A stretch of 64,000 nt of DNA, from positions 1,597 through 65,596 of the forward strand of contig JAGXON010000004.1 in the NCBI GenBank assembly GCA_023659865.1. Reading direction: 5' to 3'. Below the pieces are notes generated by a model. The model saw only the letters and a program-made list of their open reading frames with translations, was not told the DNA's origin and made no database searches. Source of the DNA: Candidatus Diapherotrites archaeon LH_S9 (GTDB lineage: Archaea > B1Sed10-29 > WALL01 > JAGXON01). This document shows positions 58,721-64,000 of the stretch, in pieces. How positions within the stretch are numbered: the stretch's first letter is position 1; each line of letters begins with the position of its first letter. The translations under genes were made by a program, and so were the position numbers.

Positions 58721-59536
58721 TTAATTAGTTTCCCACACTGTTACGTTGGGGGGATCGATAGAATGTAGCGAACAAATGTAACACTCTTTGTTTAGGTCAC
58801 TAGAGAAGTTTAACCTTATCTTTTTTGGATCACTTATCTCATCAGCTAATCCAGATATATTTAACTCATTAACTCCTCCTTTAATACTTTTAATACTACT
58901 GTTTATTAGTATATCGCAATATTCTCCTTCGCAATATTCATCCGTAACATTAACACTTACGTTCATTCTATCAAACTGTGTTCCGAGTGGTATTGTGGAC
59001 GTGTTCTTAAACGTAAGGAGCCTATCACCTTCATAGGGATCTATTTCTCCTCCCCCACAGCTATATCTATCCGTTCCGCTTGCAGCGGTTAAAGTATAAT
59101 TATAGTAAATTGTTTCTGTTTCACCGTTCTCTAAAGGAGTGCCGTATCGGAACCAGGCGTTATCAGTACTGTTGTTCAAATAAGCGGTCCGGCCTCTGTT
59201 AGTTACTTTCAGCTCGAACTTCTGCTTACCGATCTCGCAGGAAGCAGAAGCAGGCTTCTCGCTTGTGGATTCGGTTCCGCCGTTCCGTTCAAGTTCTTCT
59301 CCAGAGTTAGTTAAAGAAATCGAGTCCGGAACAGTTTCACTCGTTCCATCATACCTGGAATCATAGCCGTTAAGTTCTATACCAGCTAAACTGCACTTGT
59401 GCTTATCTTCACTGATCTTCCCTCTTTCTTCGGCTGGGGTCATCATCTGGTTCGCGACCAACACGACAGCTACTGCAATCGCCAGTATAGCGGCCAGTAT
59501 CAACAAGTACTCGAGTGAGCCCTGTCCTTTTTCCAT
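58721..59536 (-). CDS. Class III signal peptide protein (archaeal type IV pilin-like)
   Basis: MEKG/QGSLEYLLILAAILAIAVAVVLV. Confidence 0.85.
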   Translation of the reverse strand: MEKGQGSLEYLLILAAILAIAVAVVLVANQMMTPAEERGKISEDKHKCSLAGIELNGYDSRYDGTSETVPDSISLTNSGEELERNGGTESTSEKPASASCEIGKQKFELKVTNRGRTAYLNNSTDNAWFRYGTPLENGETETIYYNYTLTAASGTDRYSCGGGEIDPYEGDRLLTFKNTSTIPLGTQFDRMNVSVNVTDEYCEGEYCDILINSSIKSIKGGVNELNISGLADEISDPKKIRLNFSSDLNKECYICSLHSIDPPNVTVWETN

Positions 59537-59569
59537 TAGTTTAATCAATTCATCCGAAACTTAAATAGT

Positions 59570-61741
59570 TTACCAGTTCTGTAAAGTTGTCTGAGGCTGA
59601 TCTGTTTTCCGCACTTTCTCAAGCTCTTTTTCATCAACTTCCTGGCCTAGTTGTTTCTTGATTTTAGCGGCTAGTTTCCCGCCAAGAATCCTTGCCAAAT
59701 CCTTTGAATTCGTTTTCTTCAAGCCATTCACGGTTTTCACCTGGTTTTCAAACAATTTTCTCGCGCGAACTCGGCCGATTCCCTTTAATTCAGCTAGCGG
59801 CAGCAGCTCGGATTTAATACCGTGCTTTATTCTTCGACGAAGTTTCTTCAATCCCGAGAAATCGAGTTCTCTGACCTTGCACAATTCTTTTGCAGAGTAA
59901 GCCATCCACTCAGCGTTACTCATTATCCCTCTTAATGTCCCGGGCTTCACGTTAAATTCCTCGAGTATTTCTTCGTCAGTTTTTTCACTGATCCATGCTT
60001 CCATGAGCTTCGCGGTCTTGAATTTTTTCAGGAACTGGTATTCCTCGAAACCAATGCTCACGACATCGAAACCAAGTTCGTTGTCACGAGAGTGCGCTTC
60101 ACTCCACAGATCGTCTTCTTCTCCTTTTCTCACTCGCAGGTACGGCTTCATTTCCTCTGTGTCAACCAGAGCGTAAAGCAATCCAAGGACCTTGAAATCT
60201 CTTTCCTGGAACGCTTCAAGCATCGAGTGAGAAGAGTAAGGATCCAGGTAAAGCTCGGAAGTTCGTTTACCTAGCTCGGTAGCAACAAGCTTTCCATCAG
60301 TTTTTTCCACGAAACCTTTTTCGTCAAGCTCGTTCAGAATGCGATCAACTTTGTTCTTCAGCACACGACTTTCTCCGTACTGATGAGCGTGGAAACTGCT
60401 CATCAAAAACTCTTCCAGGCCTTCCTCGGTTCCAACGAATCTAGCGGCAATGCTTGCGAGCAACTGGGTTCTTAGCACTGGCTCCAGCGCTAGCTGCGAG
60501 TCAACTGGTTCAGGGGTTCCTTTCACGTACTTGTCCCAATACTTTTTCTTCTTGTTCTTGTTCTTCACGGCAATGATGGCTTCTCCTTCGTCATTGTACT
60601 GTGGTCTAGCGATTCGGCCGCTTTTTTGCTTGTATTCTCTGACCGGGATCTCCTTGATTCCAGCGGAAGTGTACCGAGTCATGGATTTGTGCACTGCTCT
60701 CTCAGCCGGCAGGTTCACACCCATCGCTACTGTAGGGGTTGCAGCAATAGTGGATAATTCTCTTTCCTTAAATGCTTTTTCCACTATGGTTTTCTGCTCG
60801 TGCACTAGTCCAGCGTGATGGAATGCCGAGCCTTTCCTGATGCAGTCCGCGAGTTTCTTGCATTGTTTTGTAGGTTGCTCTAGCGCGCTTAAGACCTTTT
60901 CAGCTATTTTGTTTAGTTTTCCTTTGTTTTTCGGATTCGATAAGCCTGCTACTTTTTTTGCAGTGGATTCAGCGCTTCTTCTGGTTGACGTGAACACTGC
61001 TGTTTGCTCGTTTTCTTTGAGAGAGTCTTCGATTAACTGCATTGTTGGTGAGGACTGGTTTGACTGGATTTTTCTTGTTCCTTCGGTTGTTTTGATGGTT
61101 CCGTTGAAGTAAACGCCTTCCACGAGTTTTGTAGGCCGCCAGTCGGAGCTTACTAGTTCGGAGTCAAGCCAGTCAGCGATTTCTTCTGCGTTCGGTATCG
61201 TGGCGCTTAATGCGAGTATTTGTACGTCCTGGAAAAGTTGCTGGAATCTGGTGACGAGTACTTCAAGGGTTGGACCTCGATCTGAGTCAAGCAGGTGTAC
61301 TTCGTCGACTATCAGGAGTTTTATGTCTGGAATCCATTTTGTTTTATGTCTCATGAGGGAGTCAAGTTTTTCGTTACTGCAGAAGATTGCGTTTTTTTTC
61401 TTGAGCCATGAGTCTTTTGAGTCAAGGTTCCCGAGCGATAGACCTGGTTTGAGTCCTATTTTTTTGTATTTCTGGAAGTTTTTGTGTTGTTCGTGGGCTA
61501 GGGAGCGCAGGGGGCAGGTGTAAGCGGTTTTCTTGTTTTTTTCCAGGTTTTTGAGTGCTGCTAGTTCTGCAACAAGGGTTTTTCCTGATCCGGTCGGGCT
61601 TGCTATAACGAGGTTCTTTTTTTCTTCAAGAAAATTGGTTTCCAGTGCTTGTTTTTGCACTGGGTTGAGTTCTTTTATGCCTTGGTCTAGGAGTATTTGT
61701 TTTACTTCTTGTTTGAATCCGTGTTTTTTGAGTTCTTCCAT
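59570..61741 (-). CDS. hel308: Ski2-like helicase Hel308/Hjm
   Basis: SPTGSGKT, DEVH, LSATIPN, FHHAGL, GVNLPA, C-terminal HhH GIGRVRARKL; probable ATG at 61741. Confidence 0.93.
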   Translation of the reverse strand: MEELKKHGFKQEVKQILLDQGIKELNPVQKQALETNFLEEKKNLVIASPTGSGKTLVAELAALKNLEKNKKTAYTCPLRSLAHEQHKNFQKYKKIGLKPGLSLGNLDSKDSWLKKKNAIFCSNEKLDSLMRHKTKWIPDIKLLIVDEVHLLDSDRGPTLEVLVTRFQQLFQDVQILALSATIPNAEEIADWLDSELVSSDWRPTKLVEGVYFNGTIKTTEGTRKIQSNQSSPTMQLIEDSLKENEQTAVFTSTRRSAESTAKKVAGLSNPKNKGKLNKIAEKVLSALEQPTKQCKKLADCIRKGSAFHHAGLVHEQKTIVEKAFKERELSTIAATPTVAMGVNLPAERAVHKSMTRYTSAGIKEIPVREYKQKSGRIARPQYNDEGEAIIAVKNKNKKKKYWDKYVKGTPEPVDSQLALEPVLRTQLLASIAARFVGTEEGLEEFLMSSFHAHQYGESRVLKNKVDRILNELDEKGFVEKTDGKLVATELGKRTSELYLDPYSSHSMLEAFQERDFKVLGLLYALVDTEEMKPYLRVRKGEEDDLWSEAHSRDNELGFDVVSIGFEEYQFLKKFKTAKLMEAWISEKTDEEILEEFNVKPGTLRGIMSNAEWMAYSAKELCKVRELDFSGLKKLRRRIKHGIKSELLPLAELKGIGRVRARKLFENQVKTVNGLKKTNSKDLARILGGKLAAKIKKQLGQEVDEKELEKVRKTDQPQTTLQNW

Positions 61742-62142
61742 TTTTTGATCATTTTCTCGTGGTCGAACGCTAGTTCCGGCAGTTTTTTTTCTTCGAATGC
61801 TTTTACAGAGGTGGTTTCGGTTGTTTTGTCGGTAATTTTTTGTTTTGCCTTGCATTTAAAGCATATTGATATTGCTCTGCCGCGAGGATCGCGCTCAGGA
61901 TCGTCGAATACGCCGATTAGTTTTTCTGGTTTGCATTCGTAGCCTGTTTCTTCTTTGACTTCTCGTTTCAGTGCGTCTTCAGCGGTTTCATTGATTTTTA
62001 TTATGCCGCCGGGCAGCGCCCATTTTCCTTTTTCTGGTTTCCATTTTCGTTTCACGAGCACTAGTTTCTTGTTTTTTTTGAGTATTGCGTCTACGGTGAG
62101 CAAGAAGTTTGTTTTGTTTATTTGAGTGTTTATGTCCGTCAT
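61702..62142 (-). CDS. NUDIX hydrolase (ADP-ribose pyrophosphatase-like)
   Basis: WALPGG...ETAEDALKREVKEETG, RDPRG, LAFDH. Confidence 0.92.
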   Translation of the reverse strand: MTDINTQINKTNFLLTVDAILKKNKKLVLVKRKWKPEKGKWALPGGIIKINETAEDALKREVKEETGYECKPEKLIGVFDDPERDPRGRAISICFKCKAKQKITDKTTETTSVKAFEEKKLPELAFDHEKMIKKWKNSKNTDSNKK

Positions 62143-62768
62143 GTTCTTTCCTTCAGCCAGTTCAGGAGGGTTTGCATTGCTTTGTTCTGTTTTTCGAGTT
62201 CCTTTATTTTTTTGTCTGTTTCCTGTTTTTTTCTTCCGATCATTTCCATGTTGAAGTCCTGGGTTTGCTTCAGGTGCTTGTTCATTCCTGTGAGTTTTTT
62301 TCCTATCTTGCTTGTTTTTGCTTCGTGAAGTCTTTCTCTGTATTCCTCGCTTTTTACGAACATTTTAAGTCTTTTCCGCCACTTTGGCTTGTGGAGCATG
62401 TGCATTGGTGGGTTGACGAGTGAATGTGTTTCTTTGTATTTGTTGTTGGAAACCATTTTTATTTTGTGCTCCCAGTACAGTGGGTCGGTAATTCTTTTTA
62501 GGGTGTCAACAACTTTATCGGTTTTGAGTTTTTTTTCTTTTTTGCTTAGTTTGTCCTGTTTTTCTTTAAGTCTTTCCAGTTCTTTCCTGTTTTTTCCAAG
62601 TTTTCTTTCAAGTTTGTTGGTGTTCGGGTAGATGATCTGGTCTTCTTCTAGCTTGATCACGCCCCCGCTGGTCAAATAGTTCTTGAGTGCTTTTGTTTTA
62701 TTGGTCGCGAGCTCTTCCGGGAACTTTTTCTTAAGGTCGCTTGGCTTGCTGATTATTTCCGTCATCAT
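62139..62768 (-). CDS. Hypothetical Lys-rich coiled-coil protein
   Basis: ORF coupled to the NUDIX gene (ATGA overlap). Confidence 0.7.
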   Translation of the reverse strand: MMTEIISKPSDLKKKFPEELATNKTKALKNYLTSGGVIKLEEDQIIYPNTNKLERKLGKNRKELERLKEKQDKLSKKEKKLKTDKVVDTLKRITDPLYWEHKIKMVSNNKYKETHSLVNPPMHMLHKPKWRKRLKMFVKSEEYRERLHEAKTSKIGKKLTGMNKHLKQTQDFNMEMIGRKKQETDKKIKELEKQNKAMQTLLNWLKERT

Positions 62769-62825
62769 TTCTTCTTATGCAGAACTAATTTATTACTGTA
62801 ACGCTAGAACAAATTAGTGATATTT

Positions 62826-63158
62826 ATGTTACCAGGAAGTTTTGACCCGAGCAAGATGAGCAAGATGATGAAGCAACTTGGCATGGAAACCAATGAACTC
62901 GATGCCACCCAGGTAGTAATCCAATTAAACGGAAAAGAACTAGTTATAAAAGACCCTAAAGTCGTCGAAATCGATATGAAAGGCCAGAAAAGCTATCAAG
63001 TGATGGGAGAAGCAGAAGAAAGAGACAAGAAAAGTTTCACTGATGCTGACATAGACATGGTTTCGACAGAAGCTCATGTTTCAGACCAGCAAGCTGAAGA
63101 AGCCTTGAAAAAACACGATGGGGACATCGCTGAAGCCATAATGGAGCTTCAGGACTGA
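62826..63158 (+). CDS. nac: Nascent polypeptide-associated complex protein
   Basis: KMMKQLG, VVI..ELVIKDPKV, YQVMG, UBA-like GDIAEAIMEL. Confidence 0.93.
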   Translation: MLPGSFDPSKMSKMMKQLGMETNELDATQVVIQLNGKELVIKDPKVVEIDMKGQKSYQVMGEAEERDKKSFTDADIDMVSTEAHVSDQQAEEALKKHDGDIAEAIMELQD

Positions 63159-64000
63159 TCTTGTTCCATGATTTCTGCAGAAACTTTTCTCAAGTCATCG
63201 AAACTTGTCTCGAGCTTGAGCAAGAAGTTTCTTTTCCCTCCTTTTTCTACTTCTTTTTTTGTTCTGAAAGAAGTTGAATTAAATCCAGTTAAGTTGAATT
63301 CCTTAGTTTCGTTGTCTTTGCTGGCAGTTATCGAGTTCGGTAAACTGATTTTTCCTAGTGTGTACCTTGCTGTGACATTACCTTTCACTCCCGGTTCAGA
63401 GAGGTTTTGGGCGTACTCTATTGCTAGCTTCAGCGGATAGTTTTCTGAAGGCAGTTGCCTTACTGAGGCGTTGTATCCTTGTTCTTTCAGGTTTTGCTGC
63501 AGTTCTGTGGTATTGGTTTTGTTTCCGAAGCCTGCGAGTATCTCTTTTCCTGTGATTTCAACTATTTTGAAGGTTTTGTGTGTTTGCCAGGTTTCTGTTG
63601 GCGGTAAGTACATTTTTCTTCCTTCGCGCGCCATTATTTGCTTGATTTGATTGCCTTGCATTGATATTGTGAACATGAAAGTGTTTGAGTCGCCTGGGTT
63701 TGTGTGCGGGTAGATCATGGCGGTCACGTTCCTGTCTTCCAAGCTGATTTTTTCCATTTGACCGGTTTCTTTTCGGGTGGCATTAACTTCTTTTGGGACG
63801 GAAAGTTGTGCTATGCTTACTTTGGTCCCGAAATCCAGTTTTTCACCGATTTTTTGCTTTAGATAGTAGTTAACTCTTTCGTTCATCGAGTGATTCGTTG
63901 TATCTATCCTGATATCGAATTTGTAGAGTCCTTCTTCGCCCGGGTTTTCTTTTCGGGATACGGAAGCGTTTTTCACTCCCCTGATACTCATTATGTCTTC
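63149..64000 (-). CDS. Hypothetical protein, probably 5'-truncated by the window edge
   Basis: Frame is open to 64000 (EDIMSIRG...); several N-x-S/T sequons. Confidence 0.65.
   Translation of the reverse strand, partial: EDIMSIRGVKNASVSRKENPGEEGLYKFDIRIDTTNHSMNERVNYYLKQKIGEKLDFGTKVSIAQLSVPKEVNATRKETGQMEKISLEDRNVTAMIYPHTNPGDSNTFMFTISMQGNQIKQIMAREGRKMYLPPTETWQTHKTFKIVEITGKEILAGFGNKTNTTELQQNLKEQGYNASVRQLPSENYPLKLAIEYAQNLSEPGVKGNVTARYTLGKISLPNSITASKDNETKEFNLTGFNSTSFRTKKEVEKGGKRNFLLKLETSFDDLRKVSAEIMEQDQS

Overview
Gene-dense archaeal chromosome segment (PolD DP1/DP2, Cdc6/Orc1, SepF, TgtA, Taw1, DTD2, NucS, Hel308, Lhr, NAC, SecDF, geranylgeranyl reductase, class III pilin). The compact layout and gene content suggest a DPANN-type lineage; this is inference, not tested phylogenetically. 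Most of the window is housekeeping. Accessory parts are two internally deleted IS200/IS605 (tnpB) relics and a surface-protein cluster at about 51.6-59.5 kb. The most striking structure is a 1178-bp tandem duplication (54146-55323 = 55387-56564) that splits a ~1552-aa PKD/PQQ-propeller/Ig surface protein gene. Its 63-bp junction is built from two short inverted templated inserts, one copied from cdc6 about 6 kb away, joined by 6-8 bp microhomologies. This is a template-switching signature that could be biological or an amplification/assembly chimera. The same gene has an extreme A/C-rich coding strand. No tRNA, rRNA or CRISPR array was recognised. All calls come from motif reading by eye; no database searches were run.
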